A stretch of DNA of 64,000 bases from the human T2T-CHM13v2.0 reference genome, Homo sapiens (GCF_009914755.1 NC_060925.1), one strand, 5' to 3'; shown: positions 32,846 through 54,897, numbered from the stretch's first letter. A program made the numbers and translations. Notes: a model not told the origin generated them from the sequence alone.

Positions 32846-33355
32846 GAGAAAAATCAATACAGTCACTGCCATGTTTGGTGAAAGGCATGTGGTACCTTCA
32901 ATAGTGTGCCTTCATCTAAAATTGTGATACTATAGTTGATGTTAAAATTTTAAGAGATACAGGAGAAATTTTGAGCTGAGTGTCCCAGACAGCTGGCTAG
33001 CTATTCCAGATGTGGGACAGACCACTGTGTTTCTAGGTGGTTTTTAGTTTGCTTGGGGTCAAAGTCTTAGGATTACATATTATGTGTACACCATGCAGAA
33101 TTCTAAGCTCTCTACATAAATTATTTAATGCTCTCAGACAGTTTGCAGATAAAAAACCTGAAGCCAGAGAGCTTAAGTGTTTTGTATAAACACACTAAGT
33201 TACAGATCAAGGGTTTAAACTCAGGTCTCTTTCCAAAACTATAGCTCTTTATCATTATTCAGAACTGAATTTCTTTGATTATTATAACATTTATATTCCT
33301 TCTCAACTTACTGTATTACAGTATCATTATTCATTAAACTTCCTTTAAAAAATCA

Positions 33356-33749
<394 letters not shown>

Positions 33750-34194
33750 TCAGTCAAAACCCCCTACAGTGACAAATAGGGTTAATTGAATGGCTGAGTT
33801 AGGGTCTTATTTTATCCTTACTAGACACCATCATTGTGTGTTTTATAAATACCTCGATGCTTTCAAACCATTTTAAAAGACAAAAATATTTTAATTATGA
33901 TTGTATTTATTGATTAAAAAATTAAAAATGGGAAACATATAACATTATTACGCTATTCTAAATGCTCTTTAATGGTCTCATAGTTTTCTACTATGTACTG
34001 TGGTTTATTTAATTCGTTCTCTTTAGGTTGTTTTCCTCTTTTTTTCTGCCTGTGATGAATATTCTTAGAGGTCAGTCATCTTATGTTTTCTTTAGTATAT
34101 TTTTTCAGAGTTGGAGATTATGGGTCAAACAGTATATATGCACATTTTAAACTCTCCAGAAATATTACAGTGTTTTAAACTCCTACTAGTAGTA

Positions 34195-34434
34195 CAGATT
34201 GAGTTTCCTTTATCTGAGATGCTTGGGACCAGAGGTGTTTCAGATTTTGAAGTTTTTCAGACTTGGGGATATTTGTATTATATATATTTACTGGTTGAGA
34301 ATTCCAAATCCAAAAATTTGAAATTTGAAATGCTACAATGAGCATTTCCTTTGAGTGTCATGTCAGTTCTCAAAAAGTTTCCGATTTTGGAGCATTTTGG
34401 ATTTTGCATTTTCAGATTTGGGATGCTCAACCTG
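34195..34434 (-). mobile_element. Tigger4a/MER46A-like MITE
   Basis: TA|cagattgag...tgcttgggaccagaggtgtttcagatttt...gagcatttcctttgag...gggatgctcaacctg|TA, with TIRs and TA TSDs. Confidence 0.88.
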
Positions 34435-35089
34435 TATGTGAGAAGGTTTACTTCCTCGTATCCTTACTGACAACATCTGCCATTTGCTGATGAAAATTTG
34501 GATTTCACTGTCATTTTAATGTGCAATTTTAATTGTTAATAGGATATATTTTTAAAATTTTTTATTGACTGTGTTTCTTCTTTTATGAAATGCCTGTTTT
34601 AAGTCCTTTTCCTAAATTTTTTTATTAGAGGTTTATATGTTCTTACTGAATTTTCAGAAGCTCTTTTTATAAGAATATGTAAACTTTTGTCTTGAATATA
34701 CAGGGGTATTTTCCTTCAAGACAAAAATTTTCTGTTTCTTACATGTTCATTATAGAAAAATCAAACAATAAGCTAAAAAAAGGTATAATTCACCTATAAC
34801 CCTGCTACCTACTGAGAATTATTTTTACATTTTGATTTATACTCCTGCTGTCTTCTTTCTGCACATATATACACTGTTAAGGGCCCCATTAGCCTGTGTT
34901 TTCACATAAGGTCATAATGACATTAACATATAAATTATAAAGACTTGGTAGCTTTTACCTGTTAATTAGCGGGATGTCCTTTTCTACCTTTCCCATCCCG
35001 GAAGTATTTCTGAGAGCATGGTCTCAAATAAGTTTGAGAATGAATGTGTGTCTGCTGGAAGCTCCTATTCTTCCGCCATTTTCCAGTCC

Positions 35090-35322
35090 TCCAGAAGTTT
35101 CCTGATGGTCCATGTCTGAATTAGACACCCCTCTTCTTTGTTCCAGTTGCACCTGTAATTCTTCAGCATAGTACTTCTTAAACTGTTTTTAATTGCCTCT
35201 CCTCCATGCTAAACTTTCAGCTCTTGTAGAGCACAGACCCTATCTGCTGTGTTCATGGTTTTTCTTTATGTCTGATATCTGTGTGTACATAGCAGGCATT
35301 CAGTAAATATGTGTTGAATTGA
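35090..35322 (+). mobile_element. L2 3' fragment
   Basis: cctccagaagtttcctga...tctgaattagacacccctc ... catagcaggcattcagtaaatatgtgttgaattga. Confidence 0.6.
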
Positions 35323-35704
35323 CTTTTGTTGAATTTTAATACTCGATTGGAGAGTTAGACACCTTCCTATTTGCACACTTTCCCATCATACATCCAAGTA
35401 TATGTATAATGTCAATTTCTTTTATCTTTTTATGATTTTCCTTTATGGTTTGCCTTTGATGCTATTAATTAGTTTCTTTTTAATAACCAGAAAGATAACT
35501 TTTTGTATCCTTTATTTGTAGTACAATAAAGTTTGTTTTCCATGTTGGTATTCCTGAAAAATCTCATTTTAGTATTAGAGTATGCTGGAATAGACAATAT
35601 AAATACCTCTAAACTCTCACTTATAGCAGCCTAAATCTGCACGTGCTGTAAGGAAAACATTTTTAAATAATTTGCCATTAAACAATTTCTAATTTAATTG
35701 TCAC

Positions 35705-36012
35705 TTTTTTTTTTTTTTTTTTTTTGAGGCAGGATATCACTCTGTCACCCAGGCTGGAGTGTAGTGGTATGATTACGGCTTACTGCAGTCCCGACGTCTT
35801 GGGCTCAAGGAATCCTTCTACTTCAGCCTCCTGTGTAGCCAGGACCACAGGTGTATGCCAGCATGCCTGGCTAATTTTTTAATTTTATTTTTTGTAGAGA
35901 TGGCATCTCGCTTTGTTGTCCAGGGTAGTCTCAGTCTCCTGGGCTCAAGGAGATTCTTCCACTTGGCTTCCCAAAGTGCTGGGATTACAAGCATAAACCA
36001 CAATGCCTGGCC
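35705..36012 (-). mobile_element. AluJ
   Basis: Antisense; TSD tcacttttt. Confidence 0.92.
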
Positions 36013-36883
36013 TCACTTTTTATAATGGACTTAAATCAGTTTGGTTGTTTTAAAAGTACCCTAGCATTTAGCACATGAATACATCTCATTTTGATTAGTG
36101 GCCAAAGTATTTTTGGGCATTGTGAGCATTGTACTACTCCCAGGCTGCTTATGGTATGTTATAGTATCAGATACATCTCTTTGGATCCATGCTCTAAGTA
36201 GAATTGTGTTGTATACCTTGCTTAATCCATTAAATTTTTACCTGTCTGTTTGAGTATCACCAAAAGAAAGTTGCTATCACAATGTACTTTCTACTTTTTA
36301 ATCTACTCTACTGATTCATTAGTACACAGCCATGGTGAGACACTTGAGATGTTCTGCTGAAGACAATTGTTACATATTGGGATTCTGGAAGGACAGCAAG
36401 CTAGATAAAGATAAGTCATGCTTTTAAGAGTCCCATGGAACATCAGTCATTGTGATGTGAAGAAAGTGATAAGGTAATGCATGAAGCAGTTTGAGTCACT
36501 ATGATGTGGATGGTGGGAAGTAGCCCTCTTAATCAAAGCTTTAAGAACGACCAAGAACCTAAGGAATAGTTACTTATACCACCAGATTATGCAGATAATG
36601 TTAATAACAACAAACTCATTTATATATATAGATATATATATATATATATATTTCAAAAGAATGTAGCAGTCCCATAGGTTTTATATATAGAATCAGCATA
36701 GTATTTGATTATAATTAATGATATCATCTTAAGGACTTCATCTAATATACTTATTTTGAAAATAAGATGCAACCATATATTTTTGACATAAATTATAGTT
36801 ATTTTTCTTCAATTCAATGCTTTGATATTTTATTCTGTATCCCTATCAGTTAAATGTATATATTATTTAAAGTTAAGAGTATA

Positions 36884-37123
36884 CAAGTTAAATATCTCTT
36901 ATTCGAAATGCTTGGGACCAGAAGTGTTTCAGATTTTGGTGTGTTTTCTCTTTATTTTGGAATATTTGCATTATATTTACCAGTTGAGCATCCCAAATCC
37001 AAAAATCCCAAATCTGAAATGCTCCGATGAGCATTTCCTTTGAACATCATGTTGGTGCTCAAAAAGTTTTAGATTTTAGAACATTTTGGATTTTGGATTT
37101 TTAGATTTGAGATGCTCAACTTG
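36884..37123 (-). mobile_element. Tigger4a/MER46A-like MITE (second copy)
   Basis: TA|caagttaaatatc...tgcttgggaccagaagtgtttcagatttt...gagatgctcaacttg|TA. Confidence 0.88.
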
Positions 37124-37775
37124 TATATACAGTGCATTCTGTACTTGCATTTGAATACTATATTTGGATTTGTGGGTGTTTTTATTCCAAAGAGCTCAAA
37201 TTCCCTTAGTATTTAAAGCACGGTTTCCTAACATTTTTAGAGATAGCATTGTATGGACACTTTTATAATAGGACAACCTTTAAGTAATTTTGAAATAAAA
37301 GGACTAGTTTCCTTTTACCTCCTAGGGCTTGGGTTTTATAATCTTAGGATTAGAAAGGGCTTTAAGGTTATCTGACCCAGTGCATTACAGATCTTGTGGT
37401 CTATCTACAGTGCCCCATTAAATGGCTCTTCAGCTTCAGGGCCTTTTATTTATCAATTTAACAAATACCTTTTGAATGCTGCCCTGGGGCAGGCACTGTG
37501 TTAGGTGCTGGACATATTACAGTATATCAGACATGGTTCTTCTTTTTAGTCTAGTTGGAAAGATATAAGTAAATACATAAGTTGTAAAGCAGCACAGAAG
37601 AGGCCATAAAAAAGCATGAAAAAAGACAGAGCCACTTAATGTCACAAAGTCATTTCATTTTACACAGTTCAAAGTCTTAGAAAGTCCTTTTTTCTCTTGA
37701 GCCAAATACTGCTTCTTTAGGTCTAAATACCGCCCTTCTCCAGTGATCATCTTTCAGTTATTTCAAGATAGTTAA

Positions 37776-38186
<411 letters not shown>

Positions 38187-38209
38187 ACTATATGTATATA
38201 TATATAGCT

Positions 38210-39163
<954 letters not shown>

Positions 39164-40484
39164 TGTTACTTTTTCCCCCATTTGCGTATTCTTATATGTA
39201 TCTATCTCTGTCTCCCAACCCTCTGATGGAATTTTAAAATATCTCTCAAGTACAAACACCTCAAATAATCCATCAGATATGTGGTTTCCTCAGAAGCTTC
39301 TCTTCTGGATTCTTTCATTATTCTGCTCAAGTTTGCATTGGTTTCCTCTCTTGGCATACTACCTAGCTCTCCTCTTTATACTTCCACTTTTTGTTATTCT
39401 GGGAATCTCTTCACCAGTCTTCTGTATTACTTTTCAATTCCTGATTCTTTGTATGTGACTTGTTTTTCTCCTCCTTTGCCTTTCTCTTTGGAGGCCTGTA
39501 GGATTTTCTTTTTGTCCCTGGTGTTCTATAATTTCACAGTGATGTTGTGGTGTGGAAATCTTTCTCATTTTTTGAGCTGTGTCTTTGCTTATCTTTTTTC
39601 CATTTGGGTAACAATCTAGATGTTTTGTTGGGAGATCAAACAAATATCAGTATCTGCATGTTTTATCTCTTGGGCCAATTGGTTTTCTTAGAGAAGAACC
39701 TCATAATCTGCTCAGGGAGTTAGTTTAAGACCAGCATCATTGTGGGAGCCCAGTGGTGGAAGCAGGAATGATGTCCTCACCATTTGGTGTACAGGTTTTC
39801 ACATAATGCCTCTGTTTTCAGTACCACTCTTCAGTCCCACCTTTAGCTGTTTGTAGTATCTGTCTCATTCCACATCTTCAGAGGTTGAACCTTTAGTCTT
39901 CTGCTTGTGTAGAAAAGGGTGGCTATCTTGCTGGCTGTGCAGTGGCATAGAGTATATATACTTTTTCCATGTCCTCCTGTTTTTAGGAGATAATTTCAGG
40001 ATATACTTAAAATCTAAAACCTTTTCACAGTTTTAAGGGTAAAGTTTGAACTTCAAGCTAAGCCTATAAAGTTCTTTGTGATCTAGTCCTTCCTTTCTCT
40101 ATTGGTTCAACTTGGTTCTTCCCCTTCTGGATGAACTAAGACCACACCACAACATACTATGTTGGCTACAGCCCGTTGAACTTGGAGGGATACAAACGCA
40201 TCACATTTCACATGTGATGTACCCCTCTACCTGGAGTGCCTTCTTTTCCTTTTCTTCCACAATTTCTTATTCTTAATTGTTGTTTTCTCTCAGTAGCCCC
40301 GCTCACTTTCATCTACTGTCTGATTTAAATATCTTTTACCTGTATTCCTTTACCACCTCAAACTTATCTTTGATAGTGTTACCAGAAAGGGATATTGATC
40401 CAAACCCCAAGAGAGGATTCCTGGATTTCACGCAAGAAAGAATTCCTGGTGAGTCCACAGATTAAAGTGAAAGCAAGTTTATTA

Positions 40485-40976
<492 letters not shown>

Positions 40977-42994
40977 CTATATAGGACAACCTACAGGCAT
41001 TGCCATGGCATTTGTAAACTGTCATGGTGGGAGTGTCTTTTAGCATGCTAATGCATTATAATTAGTGTGCAGTGAGCGGTGAGGACGACCAGAGTTGACT
41101 TTTGTCATTATATTGGTTTTGGTGGGTTTTGGTTGGCCTCTTTACTGCATCATGTTTTATTAGTGGGGGTTCTGTGACCTGTATGTTGTACCAACCTCCT
41201 ATCTCATCTGTGACTAAGAATGCCTGACCTCCTGAGAATGCAGCCCAGCAGGAGTCAGCCTCATTTTACCCAACCCCTGTTCAAGGTGGAGTTGCTCTGG
41301 TTTGAACACCTCTGACAATAATATTTATCTATATTATACAGTAGTTTTTGATGTTATTTCTGTGCCTTTTCCAATAAGCCTTCAGATTTCTGAAGTGTAC
41401 TTGACCAAGTATACTTGTTGAGTAAGTTTGAAGGTAACAAAAAGAGACAAAATTGTGTCTTAACATTTCAAATAATCTGTAAATCTGTGCCTCAAAATAT
41501 ATTACACTTGAAGCATCAGAGCAAGAGGATATTACAAACTGAAAACCGTCCAAACATTCCTGCTTCTCCTGTTTCCACCTTTTCTCACAGAGTGTACCTG
41601 TAGACTGTTGACAGAATACTTTGTTGCAGTCGATGAACTTGTCAATTTGAGAATGAGTATTGTGCCTTTGTGTTTCATATGTGCTTTAAAACATTTTGGA
41701 ATTTTTCAGAACATGAACACATTGTGTTCTTATACTCAATAAATTTTCTAGGTCATTTAAAAATAATGTTAAATTTTAATCAATACCAGAAGTTTGGCTC
41801 CATCTGCTACAAAAGTACAAACTCACTGAACACATTTAAAAATAATAACATTTAAAGCTTCCTTGCCCTTGAGGCATTTTCTTCTGAATTGGAATCAGGC
41901 TACCTTTGACATTGGCAACTTAGTTGGATATGTATTGATCGACTTAAGAATGTTGCTTCTGTGTCTGTTATCATTATGAGAGAACATTTATTAACTGTCT
42001 GACTACATACTGCCCTGATTCTATAAACGAGAACTATGTGGATGTATTTGGTGCTTTTTAGGGACTTATTTTAAGTGTATTTATAGAGCACATCTAGCAG
42101 CGGACAGAAAATATTAAACTAGGGTATGAATGGACAGTGAAATAGTTTACATCAGCATCAGAGTATTTGGTTTTTCTAGCAAATGCAAATAAGGAACTAA
42201 AGCTAAATACAATAGACTATACTTTTAATTGAATTAATTTTCATCTAAATTTAACAGTGTCAAGTTATCATCCCAGGTGAACTTCAGAATTCAAACTAGA
42301 AAAATAGAATACATGTATTCATTATGGGATTGAATGGCATGAGCCGAACTTGGGCCTATAAAACCAGAACTTTAGAGTTTTAACCTCTCTTTAGCATAAT
42401 CCGTTTATGGCCTTGGGCAGATTCTTCACAAAAACAGAAAACAGACAATCAAAATGAGAATGACAAAGGTGTGGAGAGATCTAGCTTTTAAAGCATTTGG
42501 ATCTGAGAAGAGCCTCCTAAGTGGTTGTTTCTTCTAGCTCTTTAGCAATTCTGTTTTAAACCCAATTTCTCTGTCTTTTATATTCTGCCTTCTGCTATAT
42601 TTATATCCATTTTCCTTACAAAGACACACCATTGTCCTTTGGAAGCAGGTTTTATAAAGTAATAGATGTATTGGCCTAGAATTTGAAAAATTATACAAAG
42701 TAAAATTCTTTTTACATACATATAAAAGATATTTCTTTGATAGGTTTATTGTTCACTAAATCGTTAACTTCACATTTTAGTATGAGACATCATTGAGGAA
42801 TGGCTTATGTTCATTGACATTTGGCTCATATGAATATGAGAGATTTTAAATTTGTGTTTGTAGTTTATTTATTGGAGAATGACCTGGATTTTGCATCACT
42901 TTAGTGCAGGACTTGTTTTAGTTATTTGTGTAAAGATGTGTAATCCAAGGATCTGGCCAAGTGATTTTTAGATGGGAAGTAGAGAAGCATTTTG

Positions 42995-44668
42995 TTTTTT
43001 AAGACTGTTTTTTGAGGGCAGTTTTAGGGTGACAGCAAAATTGAGAGAGAGACAGAGTTTTTCCATGTGCCCCCTTGACCCCACCCTTGCATAGCCTCCC
43101 CTATTGTCAACAACCCCCACCAGAGTGGTACATTTATTACAATTGATGACCTTTCATTGACGCATCATAATGACTTACAGTTCATAGTTTATATTAAGAT
43201 CATTCTTGGTGTTGTACATTCTGTGGGTTTGGACAAATGTATAATGACCATGTATCCAGCATTATAATATCATACAGAGTATTTTCACTACCCTAAAAAT
43301 CTCTGTGCTCTGCCTGTTCATTCCCTGCCAACATGTGGTAACCACTGATCTTTTTTTTTTCTATCTCCACAGTTTTGCCTTTTCCAGAATGTCATATAGT
43401 TGGAATCAGTATGGAATCAGTATGTAGCCTTTTCAGATTGGCTTTCTTCACTTAGTAATATGCATTTAAGGTTTCTTCATGCTTTTCATGGCTTGACAGC
43501 TCATTTATTTTTAATGCTCAATGGTATTCTGTTATCTGGATGACCCCAGTTTACCCATTCACCTATTGAAGGATGTTTTGGTTGCTTCCAAGTTTTGGCA
43601 ATTATGAATGAAGTTTCTATAAACATCCATGTGCAGGGGTTTTTGTGGACATGCATTTTCAGCTCCTTTGAGTAGACACCAAGGAATGTAATTGCTGGTT
43701 CATTTATGGTGAGAGTATGTTTAGTTTTGTAAGAAACTGCCAAACTGTCTTCCAAAGTGGATGTGTTATTTTGCATTTCCAGTAGCAATGAATGAAAGTT
43801 TCTGTTGCTTTATATCTTTGCCAGCATTTGGAGGTGTCAGTGTTCGGGATTTTGGCAATTCTAGTAGGTATGTAGTGATATCTTGTTTCAATTTGCACTT
43901 TCCTGATGACATGCAATGTTGAGTATCTTTTTATATGCTTATTTGCCATCTGTATATCTTGTTTGGTGAGGTGTCTGTTAGTCTTTGGCCCATTTTTTAA
44001 TCAGGTTTTTAAAATTATTAAGAGTTCTTTGTATGTTTTGGCTAATGGTCCATTATCAGATGTATCATTTATAAATATTTTCTCTCTGGCAGTGGCTTGT
44101 TTTCTCATTCTCTTGACATTGTTTTTCATGGAGCATAAGTTTTTAATTTTAACAAAGTCTATCTTATCAATTGTTTCTTTCATACGAGTGGGTTCTGCCT
44201 TTGATATTATCTCAGAAAAGTCATCACCATATTCAGAGTTATCTAGGTTTTCTCCTGTGTTATCTTCCAGGATTTTAATAATTTTATATTTTACATTTAG
44301 GTCTATGATCCATTTTGTTAATTTTTGTTAAGGGTGTAAGGTCTGTTCTAGATTCACATTTTTGCATGTGGCTGTCTAGCACCATTTTTGAAAGGGCTCT
44401 TTGCTCCATTGTATTCCCTTTGCTCTTCTGTCAAAAGCGAGTTGAGTATATTTATGTGGGTCTCCTTCTGGGCTCTCTGTTCTGTTGCATTGATTGGTTT
44501 GTCTATTCTTTAGCCAATACCACACTGTCTTGATTACTGTGGCTTTATAGGAAGCCTTGGAGTCAGGTAGTATCAGTCCTCCAGCTTTGTTCTTCAGTAT
44601 TGTGTTAGCTATTCTGGGTCTTTTGCATTTCTACATAAAGTTTAGAATCAGTTCGTTGATAACCACTA
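42995..44668 (-). mobile_element. L1MC1-like 3' portion
   Basis: gcagttttagggtgacagcaaaattgag...ccaccagagtggtacattt; ORF2p C-terminal-like peptides 43501..43949 and 44001..44183. Confidence 0.85.
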
Positions 44669-44975
44669 GACAATCATTTAAAATTTTTCTTTATCTTTAA
44701 TGATCCTAATATTAGTCTGTCAAAGAAAAACATTGCCAATCATATTTCACTGGCCCTTGGAGGAATGAAACAATGTAGGAATGACGCTTTTGAATTTTGA
44801 GTAAATTTTATTTGTAAATCTGTTTTAGTACTATCAAAATATGCTTATTTTCTTTTTCTAATATTATTCATAATCTACTCATATCTTGGAAGATAAACTT
44901 AACTCTGGTAGCATTTGCTCTGTTTTCAGCTATTATCACAATGACAAACTATGATTTTTAAAAAACCATCATACT

Positions 44976-51096
<6,121 letters not shown>

Positions 51097-51366
51097 AAAA
51101 AAACCCATCATATTTACCCAAAGTACTAAATATTTATAGGTATGAATTGAATTCAGATGGGATATATACACACACAATACAGTATTGTATTGTAGAAATA
51201 TTGATATTTACATTCAACAGGTTATGTTTGTATTAATCAGGTTTAAATGTAGGGTAAGATAAATGTCCTTTATTACAACAATTTTTATGGTACATTAATG
51301 TTTAATAATGCCCTATCTTTAAATTAGTTTATAACTAATTCTCTGTGGAAGCATTGTAGAATCTAA

Positions 51367-51708
<342 letters not shown>

Positions 51709-53157
51709 TTCTGTTGCCATTTTAAAACTAAGAGTTAAAAGATGCTTTTGTATAATTTTCTAGAAAATATCTTTTATACTTATTTTCTTCTAACTACATT
51801 TAAAATACATTTTAAAAAGCAGAAAGCAAAAATGAAGTCTAAGCAAATTTCCCGTGAATACATTTCTTTTACAATAAATGTATGCCAGTTATTCAGTGTT
51901 AGAATTGAATATAGTTAGATTCTTGAGATTCTGTTTTTAAAAGACACCACAGTATTTTGTTTTTATATGAAGTATTATGGTAAATGTGATCATTACCTTA
52001 AATATATGGCATCAGGTTTTTAAAGTGGTATTTTGTGGATTTTGTTAAATCTGTCTCAAAGTCTATTTTCTCATGTTATGTTTGAAGTATGGGTATGATA
52101 GTACCCAGAAAAACAGGCCTTTCAAAACAAAATACTCTACTTTTATGACTCCATAAAAAATACAATCTTTATTATTATCCATAGACTGAATAAAACATCT
52201 TACATTTTATGTTTCATTTTATTCACCATAATGCCTATTTTCAATAAAATTACAGGTGATTTTAAATATGACTAGACTTTTTTTTTTAATAGAAAGATCA
52301 CATAATGGCTTAAGTATATTCCATTAGGAGTAGTATTTCTCTTGTCTTTTTGTTCAGCCATTGGAGTCCCCTGTGACCTTGGGTACTTTTTCCATAGGCG
52401 AACTGATGCTTCATGACGTTCTGTGTTTTCTGGTAGCTTGCCTGTTGCCTGCCTCTGGGTTCGTCATCCCCCTTATGCTGACTTAGGCAATATTTCTTCA
52501 GTCTCTTATCTTGGGGCTTTGATGCATATGTTCTGAAGGTGGCCACAGTGACTTTGGGTAGCAGCAGATGGTAAACCTTCAGGCTGCCACCAGCTAAACT
52601 GGTGTTAAGTTGGAAAGTTAACGTTTGATGAAGAATCAGTAGTGCATATGAAAGAACTTTCACTGCTGAAATATCTTTTAATTAAAAATTAGCATACTAA
52701 AACCTTTGTGAATGTCTGGGCATTTAAAGAAATCTACAATTAGTTGTGTTCTTATAGAAGTATTTATTTACCAGTTTAGTCTTATGTTACTTGCTCTTCC
52801 TAACCTGGTTCTTTTTCCTCTGTTTCTACCCCAGTTTGTTGGTAGTTAAGATAAATCAGATAACTACATAAATTGAAATATAGGTTGTTTTTAGGAATCT
52901 TGGGTGTTTGCATAAACAAAGTATATTTTGAATTATGGCATTTTGGATTTTAATAACTAAGAAGAGATGTGGATTTTAAGTACAATCTTCATATAATTCT
53001 GGTAGATTTGGTCTGTTTTCTTCTACCTTTGAAGGTATTTCTGGATCAAATAGGAGCCTGAAGAACTCAACCTGCCTCAAAGAGATATTTCCTTTTGTTC
53101 TAAATTAGTTGGTGATTCTTGACTCTGCCGTTCTTAACTTTGTTAACTTTGCAGAAA

Positions 53158-53670
53158 TTGATGCAGCGACTTCTGATGAGCTAAAGCTGTAGGCACAACA
53201 TATTTTGCTTTTGGAGTTACTGAGCAGTGGGTACAGGGAACATTGCTAACCTTTTTGGATTATTTGTTCACTTCATGATAATCTGCTATGTGGGAAGTTC
53301 TAGCACAAATGAAACATTGGTAAGGCTCCAAAGGATTTTCTTTGTTACCCATAAATCTTGGGTACCTTATATACTTTTCTCAATTGAAAATGTATCCTTG
53401 AGAGTAATAGCTGAAAATATCTTGTAGACTAGAGTTATAAGTATCCCTGTCAAATTTTACTCTTTATGCTTGAATTTTCATCAGTGGAAAACTTATGAAA
53501 CCAAGGACAGATTGGTTTCATGGCATAACATGAGAGAAGCATCTCTGCATGGTCTGTTCATGCTAATGCTCTTGATGGTGCAGCTTCTGATGGACTGAAG
53601 CTGTAGGTGCAACATCTTTTGCTTTTGGAGTTGCTGGGCAATGGTACAGGGAACATTGCTGGCCTTCTGA
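53158..53670 (+). repeat. Two diverged direct copies of a ~95-nt unit (53158-53254 and 53572-53670)
   Basis: Shared cttctgatg..ct.aagctgtagg..caacat.ttttgcttttggagtt.ctg.gca..ggtacagggaacattgct..cctt. Confidence 0.9.
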
Positions 53671-54289
53671 TGCCAAAGAAAGAGAAGTTAGACCCCAGTT
53701 GGGAGAATTGTTGATATTAAAGCCCACCGAGTACTATTCCTTGTTTTCTAGTAGTTGAATTTTTATAAAGATGCCTCATGAGAATAAGGTGTGGAATTAA
53801 GAGTAGAAACACATTTTGGATGTTTTAAGAATACAAAATGAGATTTATTTTAGCAGAAAATATGAATAACATTTGATAATTATGCATGGTGTTAGGGGAG
53901 GAAAGCAAAGTTTTAATGCTCTAGGTTTGTTGTTCAAATCCATTTCTATAGAAGGATAACATTACCAGCTCTTGTAAATTTGCCCATCTGGTTAAAAATT
54001 CAGATCTAATACTAGTCAAGTATGGATTACCTTTGAAAGAGAGTGTAGCAAGTACAATCATGTTCACATGAAAGTATGTTGGGAAAAACTTATTTGCAAA
54101 ATCGGTCTAGTACTATTTTCTCTAGTTTCTTTATTGTGTTGATCTCATTCTTTCTGTTGTCATTATTTATATGTGAATTACGGGGAGCATGACTTACACA
54201 GTTGATATCTCATCCAGATTATAAGCAGCAAACACAAATCCGGTTATATGTGACACCATTAAGGGATGCTCTGTGTTTGTCCTGTAGTC

Positions 54290-54897
54290 TTTTTGTTTCT
54301 TTTCTTTTTTTCAATAGTTTTTGGGGTACTGGTGGTTTTGGTTACACAGATAAGTTCTTTAGTGGTGATTTCTGAGATTTAAGTGCATCCATTACTCGAG
54401 CAATGTACACTGTACCCAATACGTAGTATTTTATCCTTCACCCACCTCACAACCTTCCCTCCTGAGTCCCTGAAGTCCATTATATCACTCTTACGCCTTT
54501 GCATCCTCATAGCTTAGCTCCCACTTACGAGAACACATGATATTTGGTTTTCCATTCCTGAGTTACTTCACTTAGAGTAATGGCCTCCACCTTCATCCAA
54601 GTTGCTGCAAAAGACATTATTTCATTTCTTTTTATGGCTGAGTAGTATTCTATGGAGTATATATACACCACATTTTCTTTATCCACTCATTGGTCGCTGG
54701 GCACTTAGGTTGGTTCGGTATCATTGCAGTTGCTAATCGTGCTGCTATAAACATGTATATGCATGTGTCTTTTTCATATAATGACTTCTTTTTCTTTGGG
54801 TAGCTACCCAGTAGTGGGATTGTTGGATAGAATGGTAGTTCTACTTTTAGTTCTTTAAGGAATCTCCATATTGTTTTCCATAGTGGTTGTACTAATT
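54290..54897 (-). mobile_element. L1PB-like 3' fragment
   Basis: Same 3'-end signature as the element at 26545 (ataagttctttagtggtgatttctgagattt). Confidence 0.88.

Noticed and set aside
52310-52663. 117-aa minus-strand ORF and CRE/MARE-like motifs in unique sequence
   Set aside because: Non-ATG start and no recognisable protein similarity. The motifs (ATGACGT, TGCTGACTTAGG) are imperfect and expected by chance without chromatin data.
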